A program made the position numbers and the translations under genes. A stretch of DNA of 64,000 bases, taken from NCBI GenBank assembly GCA_963675785.1, contig OY776562.1:2496001-2560000 (forward strand). Reading direction: 5' to 3'. The stretch comes from Anaerolineae bacterium (lineage in GTDB: Bacteria > Chloroflexota > Anaerolineae > UBA1429). Positions 1-7,783 of this stretch are shown here, piece by piece. Positions within the stretch are counted from its first letter, which is position 1, and every line of letters starts with the position of its first letter. The notes under the pieces are model-generated. The model saw nothing but the letters and a program-made list of their open reading frames with translations, did not search any database and was not told the DNA's origin.

Positions 1-32
1 CAACAGCAATGATACCATAGCCACGGGCAGAC

Positions 33-728
33 TCAAGAATCCACCCAAAGGTTGACCCGATGGGTGATATACATGCCAGCCGTGGTCACCTCGCTGGCCC
101 AAGCCTGCACACGCACCCCTGCCGCTAGAGCCGCATCGAGAGCATCGGCAAAGGCCGGGTCCATGGCCCGATTGGGCATAAACATGTCAGCATCACCGCG
201 CTGCAACACAAAAATCACACCGGCCTGGCCGCCCTCACGGACGATCTCGGTGAGCTCGCGCAGATGCCGTGCACCGCGCAAAGTGGGCGCGTCAGGAAAA
301 AGCGCCAGCCGCCCTTTTACCAACGAAACCGCCTTGACCTCGACCCAAAAAGGCTGGCCGTCGGCCATGATCAAGCGAAAATCAAAGCGACTGTTGCCGT
401 GGGTTACCTCACGGCGCAGTGCGGCAATATCTCCCCAGGGGATGGTGCCGTCCTCCAGCGCCTCTTGCGCCAGATCATTGGGGTAACGGGTGTTGATGCA
501 CACCAGTTGGCCGCGATGCTCGACCAGTACCACGTCGTGGGTGGTGACGCGCTTGGGGTTGGTGGCCTTGGCCAGCCACAGGCGCCGACCGCGAATCAGC
601 AGTTCGCGCAGCCGGCCCGGATCCGCCACATGAGCCCACACCGTCTCACCGCCCAGGGCCACACGCGCCCGAAAGCGATTCTCTCGTTCTAGCAGATGGC
701 CGGGTTCCAATGGAGGAAAACGCATCAC
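33..728 (-). CDS. sfsA: DNA/RNA nuclease SfsA (sugar fermentation stimulation protein)
   Basis: Motifs RxNRF, HVADPGRLRELL, SRFDF, WVEVKAV, FPDAPTLRGARHLREL; start is GTG 728 or ATG 725. Confidence 0.93.
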   Translation of the reverse strand: MMRFPPLEPGHLLERENRFRARVALGGETVWAHVADPGRLRELLIRGRRLWLAKATNPKRVTTHDVVLVEHRGQLVCINTRYPNDLAQEALEDGTIPWGDIAALRREVTHGNSRFDFRLIMADGQPFWVEVKAVSLVKGRLALFPDAPTLRGARHLRELTEIVREGGQAGVIFVLQRGDADMFMPNRAMDPAFADALDAALAAGVRVQAWASEVTTAGMYITHRVNLWVDS

Positions 729-1187
729 ACATCCTATCTAGCAGCACACTTGTTATGATACCCGGGCAATGAGGGGCAAGCAAACACCGTTCGTTCTGTT
801 CAAACAGGCCATAGGCAAGTTGTCTCCTTTTTGATATGCTTGCGCGGGAAAATACACAAAGGGGGGGGATATGGACGAGCACATTAGGCCCTTTGAACCG
901 GATGATTGGGAGGCGGTGGGTTAGGTGGCACTTTTTACTATCTCCTCTCTCGCGAAAATCAACCGTGCTTCATTCTCTCGCTTACCCCAGCCCAGCGCTG
1001 TGCAAATCTGCGCCTCAACATCTACAGGCGGGATGGACCCTCGATTTGCCATATCGTCAATTGATCGTTGTTCACTGGAGCAGCGAGGTCTTCTTGGGGC
1101 ATCCTCACAGGGTGCACATAACCATCCGCACCTTTCCAGAATCCACAGAATTCATCTCTAAAGTGAGTGCCAAATGAGCGCGTTTAA

Positions 1188-1248
1188 TCTGTCATATTGG
1201 TAAGCGTTTTACAAGTACCTACCAATATGCAGAACGTGGTGATATACT
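1188..1248 (+). promoter_or_regulatory. Promoter/operator of the XRE gene: inverted repeat CATATTGGTA-N17-TACCAATATG and extended -10 TGaTATACT
   Basis: IR arms at 1193-1202 and 1220-1229; TATACT at 1243-1248; GGAGAGG-like SD before ATG 1267. Confidence 0.5.
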
Positions 1249-1266
1249 GTTTCAGAAGGAGAGGGA

Positions 1267-1587
1267 ATGTCTACCAATCGGGAAGAACTCATCCGAAAAC
1301 GAGTCATCAAGGCACGAGAGGCATCGGGGCTGACTAGAGCAGAAGTCGCCGCGGCGTTGTCCCTTACCGAGAACAGCTATGGGCACTATGAGCGAGGACG
1401 ATCTCCGTTCTCTGTAGAACTGCTCTTTGAACTGTCTCGCATCCTGGGATGCCCTGTTGGCCATTTCCTCAATCTCGATACTGAGCTGAACGAAGACGAA
1501 GAGCAACTGCTTCACTTGTACCGACAAATAAAGGGTGATAGACTCAAAGAAATGGCAATAGAGCTAGTGAGAAAGCTAGCAGAGTAG
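1267..1587 (+). CDS. XRE/Cro-CI family HTH transcriptional regulator, no S24 peptidase domain
   Basis: IKAREASGLTRAEVAAALSLTENSYGHYERGR HTH; C-terminal EEQLLHLYRQ typical of phage-like repressors; 106 aa. Confidence 0.9.
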   Translation: MSTNREELIRKRVIKAREASGLTRAEVAAALSLTENSYGHYERGRSPFSVELLFELSRILGCPVGHFLNLDTELNEDEEQLLHLYRQIKGDRLKEMAIELVRKLAE

Positions 1588-1604
1588 CAAGGAGGGCGAT
1601 CTCT

Positions 1605-1832
1605 ATGGGTGTGCTCACCATATTCATAATTGTAGGGATCATCTTCCTTATCCGAGAGATAGTCTGCTGGTACTGGAAAGTCAATGAGACTCTAGAGCTT
1701 CTGGAAAAGTCGGCCAGACACCTAGAACGCATTGATACTGGTTTGGCCAGGCTTCTCGACTTCTATGGTGTGATACGCACGAAAGAGAGAATCCCCTCAA
1801 GGCCAAAACCCGAGGGGACAACGATTATATAG
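1605..1832 (+). CDS. Small single-pass membrane protein
   Basis: GGAGG SD; hydrophobic N-terminus followed by REIVCWYWKVNE. Confidence 0.75.
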   Translation: MGVLTIFIIVGIIFLIREIVCWYWKVNETLELLEKSARHLERIDTGLARLLDFYGVIRTKERIPSRPKPEGTTII

Positions 1833-1937
1833 ATACTGAGTTCATCAGTGATGACTTGGGGAGCGTCGACTACATAGATGAGGGCAAACCCGCGCGGCTT
1901 GAGTAAGCCGATCATGGGCAAGCGCCGTTTCCCTACA

Positions 1938-2075
1938 TCATTTTATGCAGAGACTTTCGCACTCTGTCACACAATACTCGATCACATCCAATAGCTTGAA
2001 CAAGACCGCCCTGTCTTCATTTTCCTGAGTAGCACTATGGCGTCTCACTAACAACTTGACTAGGAGCTGCTTCAC
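1938..2075 (-). CDS. Unannotated 45-aa small protein, MKQLLVKLLVRRHSATQENEDRAVLFKLLDVIEYCVTECESLCIK
   Basis: Hand-translated; GTG start 2075, GGAGG SD 2084-2088, own promoter upstream; shorter than any ORF in the supplied track. Confidence 0.6.
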   Translation of the reverse strand: MKQLLVKLLVRRHSATQENEDRAVLFKLLDVIEYCVTECESLCIK

Positions 2076-2098
2076 TGTGATATCCTCCACGAATCACT

Positions 2099-2142
2099 AG
2101 AACAAGTGTTCTGATTGTACCACTGTGGGGGTACCACTTCAA
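2099..2142 (-). promoter_or_regulatory. Sigma70-type promoter TTGAAG-N17-(TG)gTACAAT followed by LexA-type box AGAAC-N4-GTTCT
   Basis: -35 at 2137-2142, -10 at 2114-2119, palindrome AGAACAAGTGTTCT at 2099-2112 over the predicted start site. Confidence 0.7.
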
Positions 2143-2314
2143 GAGACTATGAATCTGTAAACCCAACACTGTGCCGCTTGACCATTGCCTGGCAAAATCG
2201 TAGGAAGAGGCCGATGTCAAACTTCACGATAATGATGATTGAGGTTGCTCTCAGCGCCCCAATTGAGTCTGAACGAACAGAACGCTTCATCTAATACCGG
2301 AGGGCCCGAGAGAC

Positions 2315-3100
2315 TTGTACAGAATGTATATCGATGAGAGTGGCAACCCTGATCTAGCGAGTGCAGATAATCCCAACGAAAGGTTTCTTGGACTTACCGG
2401 GGTGATCATAGACGTCGATTATCATGATAGACACATCAGATCTGAGATGGACGCATTCAAAAGTAAGTTCTGGCCAGAGCATTGTGTCGAGAATCCTGTC
2501 GTTCTTCACCGCAAAGATATCCTATATCGCCGTGGCCCTTTCGAGATATTGAAGATCCAACGTACAGCAGACGAGTTCGACAGTAATATGCTCGACTTAC
2601 TCAGCGCTTGGCCATATCTAATAGTAACCGCGGTGATAGATAAGCTAGCTCACGTGAGAAAGTACAGGGCATGGCAGGAACACCCCTATTATTACTGTCT
2701 CAAGATTCTGCTTGAGCGCTATGTGATCTATCTCTCTCAGAAAAATGCACAAGGCGATGCAATGGCTGAAGCTCGCGGCGCAAAACAAGATAAGGAGCTG
2801 GAGTCGATTTATACGACGTACTTTGAGACCGGGGCGGGGTATAGAACACCGGACGAAATGCAGCGTCGCCTTACTTCTCGTCAACTGAAGGTAAAGAGAA
2901 AGGAAGCCAACATCGCAGGGCTGCAGATCGCTGACCTTCTCGCCTATCCTTCTCGTCTAGATACGCTCGTCCACAATGGCTTAGCCACTGCAGCCCCCCA
3001 TCCCTTTCAGGATCGTGTTGGGGAGATTGTCCTAGCAAAGTACTACAGAAATGGAAGGACACAAGAGATTGACGGGTGTGGTCGGAAACTACTCCCATAA
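2315..3100 (+). CDS. DUF3800 family protein (RNase H-like fold)
   Basis: N-terminal MYIDESG, internal LHRKDI, C-terminal GLQIADLLAY; TTG start with GGAGG SD. Confidence 0.88.
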   Translation: MYRMYIDESGNPDLASADNPNERFLGLTGVIIDVDYHDRHIRSEMDAFKSKFWPEHCVENPVVLHRKDILYRRGPFEILKIQRTADEFDSNMLDLLSAWPYLIVTAVIDKLAHVRKYRAWQEHPYYYCLKILLERYVIYLSQKNAQGDAMAEARGAKQDKELESIYTTYFETGAGYRTPDEMQRRLTSRQLKVKRKEANIAGLQIADLLAYPSRLDTLVHNGLATAAPHPFQDRVGEIVLAKYYRNGRTQEIDGCGRKLLP

Positions 3101-3172
3101 TGAGAAAAGCGCACCTTTCGGCACGCTCTTCCGATGGGTCAAACCATCACCCTCCAGGTCTCTGCCTGGATT
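3101..3172 (-). ncRNA. Candidate DUF3800-associated small structured RNA (three hairpins)
   Basis: Hairpins UCCAGG/CCUGGA (3153-3170), GAUGG/CCAUC (3133-3148), AAGAGCGUGCC-GAAA-GGUGCGCUUUU (3105-3130); G-U pairs and GAAA loop work only on the minus strand; dedicated promoter. Confidence 0.7.
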
Positions 3173-3178
3173 AACTAA

Positions 3179-3207
3179 AGCATACTATAGTTGACATGTA
3201 ATGTCAA
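3179..3207 (-). promoter_or_regulatory. Near-consensus sigma70 promoter TTGACA-N17-TATGCT driving the small RNA
   Basis: -35 at 3202-3207, -10 at 3179-3184; the -35 sits inside palindrome TTGACAT-GTA-ATGTCAA (3191-3207). Confidence 0.75.
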
Positions 3208-3405
3208 GAGGAGTACAGACAGTCAGTTCATTAACGACTGCATGCGTCGTCGTCCGTATTCACAGCGGCCGCGTCGCTCAGGGCAGAGTGGTCCCCTCTT
3301 TTGATCATCTAGCGCCTGATTTGGGAAGACCATGCTAGCACGAGCGTTCAAATTACAATACTGAGAGTGTACCACTTCGTGAGTCGGCAGATCTGCGATC
3401 GAAAC

Positions 3406-3456
3406 AAAAAAACAGGTCTTACAGCAATTCATAGGCGACCTTACGCTGTAAGACCT
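3406..3456 (-). terminator. Hairpin plus U-tract downstream of tRNA-Arg
   Basis: AGGTCTTACAGC / GCTGTAAGACCT 12-bp IR (3414-3425, 3445-3456), then a T run on the minus strand. Confidence 0.6.
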
Positions 3457-3509
3457 CTGCCACAACATATAGTTAGCACCACGCCGCGTACCGCTACATC
3501 TTGCGTTAG

Positions 3510-3583
3510 TACCCCAGCCAGGACTCGAACCCGGGACCAACTGCTTAGAAGGCAGATGCTCTATCCACCTGAGCTACTGGGGC
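3510..3583 (-). tRNA. tRNA-Arg(TCT), CCA not encoded
   Basis: GCCCCAGTAGCTCAGGTGGATAGAGC...CTTCTAA...GGTTCGAGTCC...CTGGGGTA cloverleaf. Confidence 0.96.
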
Positions 3584-3700
3584 TCGCTCCCCATTATAGC
3601 GCTGGCCCAAACAGTGTCAAAGCTGGCCCGGCCCGTTAGCTTGACTCTTGCTTTTGTGCTACTATCGGCGCGTTGAACCCTGGATTGAGGAGGCATTATC

Positions 3701-5026
3701 ATGACCAAGGTCGCCTTTATTGGCGCTGGTAGTTTTGGCTTTACGCGCAAGCTCGTCAAGGACTTACTCACCTTTCCGCTGCTGCAAGACGCCACCATCT
3801 GCCTGATGGACATTGACCCCGAGCGCCTGGATTACATCAAGCGGGCCTGCGAGCGCATCGTGACCGAAGGCCAGTACCCCGCCAAGGTCGAGGCCACCTT
3901 GGATCGCGCCGAGGCCCTCAAGGGCGCCGATTCCGTCATCTGCACCATTTTGGCCGGCGGCGTGGACGTGTGGCAGCACGACATCCTGATCCCGAAAAAG
4001 TACGGCGTAGACATCAACGTGGGCGATTCGCGCGGTGTTTCCGGCATTTTCCGCGCCCTGCGCACCATCCCGGTCATGCTGAGCATTTGCGCCGACATGG
4101 AAAAGTATTGCCCCAAAGCCCTGCTGCTCAACTATACCAACCCCATGGCCATGCTCTGCCGGGCCATGCAGCGCGAGAGCAGCATTCAAGTGACGGGCCT
4201 GTGCCACAGCGTGCAGGGCACCGCCTCGATGCTGGCTGGCTGGATTGGCGCCAAGGACGAGGAGATCAGCTACCTGTGCGCCGGTATCAACCACATGAGC
4301 TGGTATTTAAAGTACGAGTGGAACGGCGAGGACGCCTATCCCCTGCTGCGCGAGGCCATCACCAGGGAAGAGATTTTCAACGAGGAACAGGTCCGCAACG
4401 AGATGTTCAAGCATTTCGGCTACTATATTACCGAGTCCAGCGGACACAACTCGGAATACAACTGGTGGTTCCGCAAACGCCCGGACCTCATCGAAAAGTA
4501 CTGCACCCACGGCACCGGCTGGAACCCCGGCCACTATGCCTACATTCTCGATTCCTACCGCGAGCGCGCCGGCGACTGGAAGAATGCCATCCAGGAATGG
4601 CTGGATGACCCCGAGCCGCTGGACCTGGAGCGCGGCCATGAATACGCCGCTTATATCGTCAACGCCTATGTGGGCGGCACACCGTTCAAGTTCAACGGCA
4701 ACGTGCCCAACAAGGGGCTCATCACCAACCTGCCCGAGGATTGCTGCGTAGAGGTGCCGGTGTATGCCGATACCCAGGGCATCAACCCCATCCATGTGGG
4801 TGCCCTGCCAGCCCAGTGCGCCGCGCTGAACAACCTCACCGTGGCCAGCGAAGAGATGGCCGTGGAGGCCTGCCTGACCGGCGACCCCACCATGGTCTTT
4901 CATGCCATCGCCTACGATCCACTCACGGCGGCAGTGCTCTCGCTGGAAGAGATTCGCACCATGGTCAACGAGATGCTGGCGCAGAACCGCGATTATCTAC
5001 CGACGTTCAAGCATTTCCAGGCCTAA
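3701..5026 (+). CDS. melA: GH4 alpha-galactosidase (MelA-like)
   Basis: IGAGS NAD-binding motif, [27 protein letters not shown]. Confidence 0.88.
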   Translation: MTKVAFIGAGSFGFTRKLVKDLLTFPLLQDATICLMDIDPERLDYIKRACERIVTEGQYPAKVEATLDRAEALKGADSVICTILAGGVDVWQHDILIPKKYGVDINVGDSRGVSGIFRALRTIPVMLSICADMEKYCPKALLLNYTNPMAMLCRAMQRESSIQVTGLCHSVQGTASMLAGWIGAKDEEISYLCAGINHMSWYLKYEWNGEDAYPLLREAITREEIFNEEQVRNEMFKHFGYYITESSGHNSEYNWWFRKRPDLIEKYCTHGTGWNPGHYAYILDSYRERAGDWKNAIQEWLDDPEPLDLERGHEYAAYIVNAYVGGTPFKFNGNVPNKGLITNLPEDCCVEVPVYADTQGINPIHVGALPAQCAALNNLTVASEEMAVEACLTGDPTMVFHAIAYDPLTAAVLSLEEIRTMVNEMLAQNRDYLPTFKHFQA

Positions 5027-5036
5027 GTACAAAAGT

Positions 5037-5074
5037 AAAGGGGCTGCTGCAAAAATTGCAGCAGCCCCTTTTTT
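5037..5074. terminator. Bidirectional intrinsic terminator
   Basis: GGGGCTGCTGCAA / TTGCAGCAGCCCC plus T6, between convergent genes. Confidence 0.85.
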
Positions 5075-5084
5075 GTTCATGGCG

Positions 5085-6011
5085 CTATGCGTTCACCTTG
5101 TGACAAGGCATGATATAGTCCAGCGCAACAATCTTTTCGCCACGTTCGATTGGCTCGCAATAGCGCTCGTACGTATAGACATCGCACCAGTAGAACTCGC
5201 CATCACCCAGCACATAGCCGTTCTTTTCGATGGCCTCCTTCATCAAGAAAAAAGCCTCGTTCAGAATGTCAACGAACTCGCCCTTGATGCGGGCCACGGC
5301 GACAATCCCCTCGGGTACCGTATGGGACACCAAGCCTTCCGGCACAGGGGCATCCAGGGTCATGAGCTTGCCGATAACATAGTCAAAGCTCTCGCCCGCC
5401 TCATCAAAGTGGGTCATATAACCCAGACCGGCATAAGCGTCGATATCCTGACAGACATACGATGCCAAGGCTTCGACCCTATCAGAAGCCCCTGAATTGA
5501 AATACTCTTGCCAAAACTCGCCAGCATTCTGAAAAGTAACCCGTTTCTCGATGCCGACCACCTTGCGCGCATCGAAATGCGCGTATTCGATCCTCTCCAG
5601 CTCGGCCATGAGCCGCCTCCCTTTCACCACACGATACGATTCTTCTGAGAGTTGAAAGGTTAGTCGCGGATACAAGTTCAGGTTCGCGCTGCTCGATACC
5701 CGCGAGGGAGCAATACCGATTTGCTCCTTGAAAGCCCGCGTAAAAGCAGCGTGCGATTCGTATCCGTACTTGAGGGCGATGTCGATTACTTTGTGGCCGC
5801 CTTCTAGCAGCTCGCCGGCCGCCAGCGTCAGCCGGCGCCGCTTGATATAGTCGGCTATAGAGATGCCACACACATAGGCAAAGATGCGCTGATAGAGCCC
5901 CAGCGGGATGCCCACCAGCTGAGATATTTCGGCGTAATCGATCTCTAGAATGTGTTCTTCAATGAAACTGATGACGTCCTCAGTCTCGTCGAAACAATTC
6001 ATGGCCCTCAC
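5085..6011 (-). CDS. AraC family regulator with C-terminal GyrI-like effector-binding domain
   Basis: YIKRRRLTLAA...IALKYGYESHAAFTRAFK HTH; C-terminal GyrI-like domain. Confidence 0.88.
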   Translation of the reverse strand: MRAMNCFDETEDVISFIEEHILEIDYAEISQLVGIPLGLYQRIFAYVCGISIADYIKRRRLTLAAGELLEGGHKVIDIALKYGYESHAAFTRAFKEQIGIAPSRVSSSANLNLYPRLTFQLSEESYRVVKGRRLMAELERIEYAHFDARKVVGIEKRVTFQNAGEFWQEYFNSGASDRVEALASYVCQDIDAYAGLGYMTHFDEAGESFDYVIGKLMTLDAPVPEGLVSHTVPEGIVAVARIKGEFVDILNEAFFLMKEAIEKNGYVLGDGEFYWCDVYTYERYCEPIERGEKIVALDYIMPCHKVNA

Positions 6012-6085
6012 CCTTTCAAAAAGAGTTTATCAAGGGGCGTTGAGGTTTGCTTTGCCTTGTGCGTACAACTTTTATCAAGTGCCGC

Positions 6086-6724
6086 TCAGCGAACGGTCTT
6101 GATGCGCTCTAAATCGGCGCTGGTGAGCACGTCCAGGTTGGCAAAGATCTTTTCCGCGGGCCAATCCCACCAACGCCGCTCCAACAGGTAAGCAATCAGG
6201 GCCTCGTCAAAACGGGGGCGGATGACGCACGCCGGATTGCCACCGACGATGTGGTAAGGCGGCACATCGCGCGTGACTACGGCGTTGGCCCCCACAATAG
6301 CCCCATCGCCAATGTGCACCCCGGGCAGCACCGTCACGTTCTGGCCGATCCAGACATCGTTGCCCACCACGGTATCCCCCTTGTAGGGCAAGTCCTCCAG
6401 CGTGGGTATGGTCGATTCCCAGCCGTGGCCCATGATGCTGAAAGGATAGGTGGTGACGGCGTTCATGCGATGGTTGGCGCCGTTCATGATGAACTCGATG
6501 CCCTTGGCGATGGCACAGAACTTGCCGATGATCAGCCTATCGCCCATGAAAGGATAGTGATGGGTGACGTGCTGCTCGAACAGCTCGGCGCCGTCGGGAT
6601 CATCGTAATAGGTGTAATCGCCCACCTGAATGGCGGGATTGGTGACGACGTTCTTGATGAAACAAACGCGCTTCATCTGTTCGTTGGGATAGGGGTTATT
6701 GGGGTCGGGTCCATATTGCGTCAT
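6086..6724 (-). CDS. Vat/CatB-family (streptogramin A-type) O-acetyltransferase
   Basis: GPDPN N-terminus, VGDYTYYDD, IGKFCAIA, MNGANHRM..TTYPF, hexapeptide repeats, WWDW; start set to MTQYG. Confidence 0.88.
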   Translation of the reverse strand: MTQYGPDPNNPYPNEQMKRVCFIKNVVTNPAIQVGDYTYYDDPDGAELFEQHVTHHYPFMGDRLIIGKFCAIAKGIEFIMNGANHRMNAVTTYPFSIMGHGWESTIPTLEDLPYKGDTVVGNDVWIGQNVTVLPGVHIGDGAIVGANAVVTRDVPPYHIVGGNPACVIRPRFDEALIAYLLERRWWDWPAEKIFANLDVLTSADLERIKTVR

Positions 6725-6999
6725 GGGGTTCACCTGCCTGGTGTAGGGGTTGGTAGGGATAGTATAGCATGAGAGTGCCATAGAAGAACTGCGCGCGGAA
6801 AGGCTTGCGCTATGGGCGGCAAGATGCTGGGGCAGAACCGTGACTACTTGCCCACCTTTAAACATTTCAAATCCTAGTCTCGGGTTTAGTGTAGTTCAAG
6901 CCCCTGTATCGCTGGATAGAGGAGCTTGTTTTGTGTAAGATAAACTCTAGCAACTTCTTTGTACAAGGTTTCTAGCAATGGCTTGAAGAAAGGGTCGCT

Positions 7000-7710
7000 A
7001 TGCTCGAATTTCTTCGCGATCAAATCTGGACATTTGTGGGTGTAATGTTAACAGCTATTCTTGCTATAGGAGGATATCGTTTGGGGAAACAAAAAAAGAA
7101 ACTCTCCTATACTATTTCTTCATCCATTCCACAACTAAGCGTCGCTAAAGACATGGCCAGCAAAGTCACAATGTCATACGAGAATGAACTCGTAAAACAA
7201 CTGCACCTTCTGGAGATCGTTTTAACTAACTCGGGAGATATTCCTATAGTATCGAAAGACTACGAAACCCCATTGCAGATCATATTCAGTGAAAAGGCAC
7301 ATGTACTATCAACGGAAATTAGCGGGACTAGTCCCAAAGGAATAAATCCGCTAGTCAAAACGGATGATCACAAAGTGTTGATAGAACCAGGGCTCTTGAA
7401 TGCTACGGATTCTTTTACTCTTAAACTCCTAGTAGCCGAATTTGATGAAGAGCTCGATATTTATGCAAGGATTGTGGGAGTAAAAAAAGTCGAAAAGAAG
7501 GTCCAAAGCTTTTGGAGAAAGATACTTCCAGGAGCTATCTCCTACGCTGCCGTATCCTTGATTTTTTCCTTGGTATTTTACTGGACCTCCAATATAAGTT
7601 TATCGCAATCTTTCATCATGGGCTTTGGAATGATGTTCCTTATTTTAATAATTGTTATTGCAAACTCTCTAATTGATAAACTATTCGATTGGTTTTCTAG
7701 TAGAGACTGA
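7000..7710 (+). CDS. Hypothetical membrane protein, low GC (one N-terminal and two C-terminal TM helices)
   Basis: AT-rich codon use; hydrophobic ends flanking a beta-rich domain (LTNSGDIPI). Confidence 0.75.
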   Translation: MLEFLRDQIWTFVGVMLTAILAIGGYRLGKQKKKLSYTISSSIPQLSVAKDMASKVTMSYENELVKQLHLLEIVLTNSGDIPIVSKDYETPLQIIFSEKAHVLSTEISGTSPKGINPLVKTDDHKVLIEPGLLNATDSFTLKLLVAEFDEELDIYARIVGVKKVEKKVQSFWRKILPGAISYAAVSLIFSLVFYWTSNISLSQSFIMGFGMMFLILIIVIANSLIDKLFDWFSSRD

Positions 7711-7734
7711 AAATTCAGTCTCTACTAGTTTTTT
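7697..7734 (+). terminator. Intrinsic terminator overlapping the upstream stop codon
   Basis: CTAGTAGAGACTGA-AAAT-TCAGTCTCTACTAG plus T6. Confidence 0.85.
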
Positions 7735-7783
7735 ATGGAACTTTGACCCGGTAAAATGCGAGACCGGTGGAGGCCACAATACG

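Noticed and set aside
781-800. Possible LexA box upstream of sfsA (AAAC-ACC-GTTC)
   Set aside because: Spacer is 3 nt rather than 4 and the left half-site is mismatched
836-1177. ORFs 836..1177 and 925..1161
   Set aside because: No recognisable motifs or convincing SD; more likely decayed islet sequence
2035-2220. 61-aa minus-strand ORF from the track
   Set aside because: It runs through the promoter and LexA box; the 45-aa ORF in another frame has the SD and promoter support
3223-3639. ORFs 3223..3540 and 3367..3639
   Set aside because: They overlap tRNA-Arg and its terminator; the same applies to 8689..8997 over tRNA-His and 25665..25931 over tRNA-Gly
7697-7734. Integron attC site between the AT-rich genes
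   Set aside because: Perfect hairpin with a T-tract, lacking RYYYAAC/GTTRRRY ends and extrahelical bases; a terminator fits better
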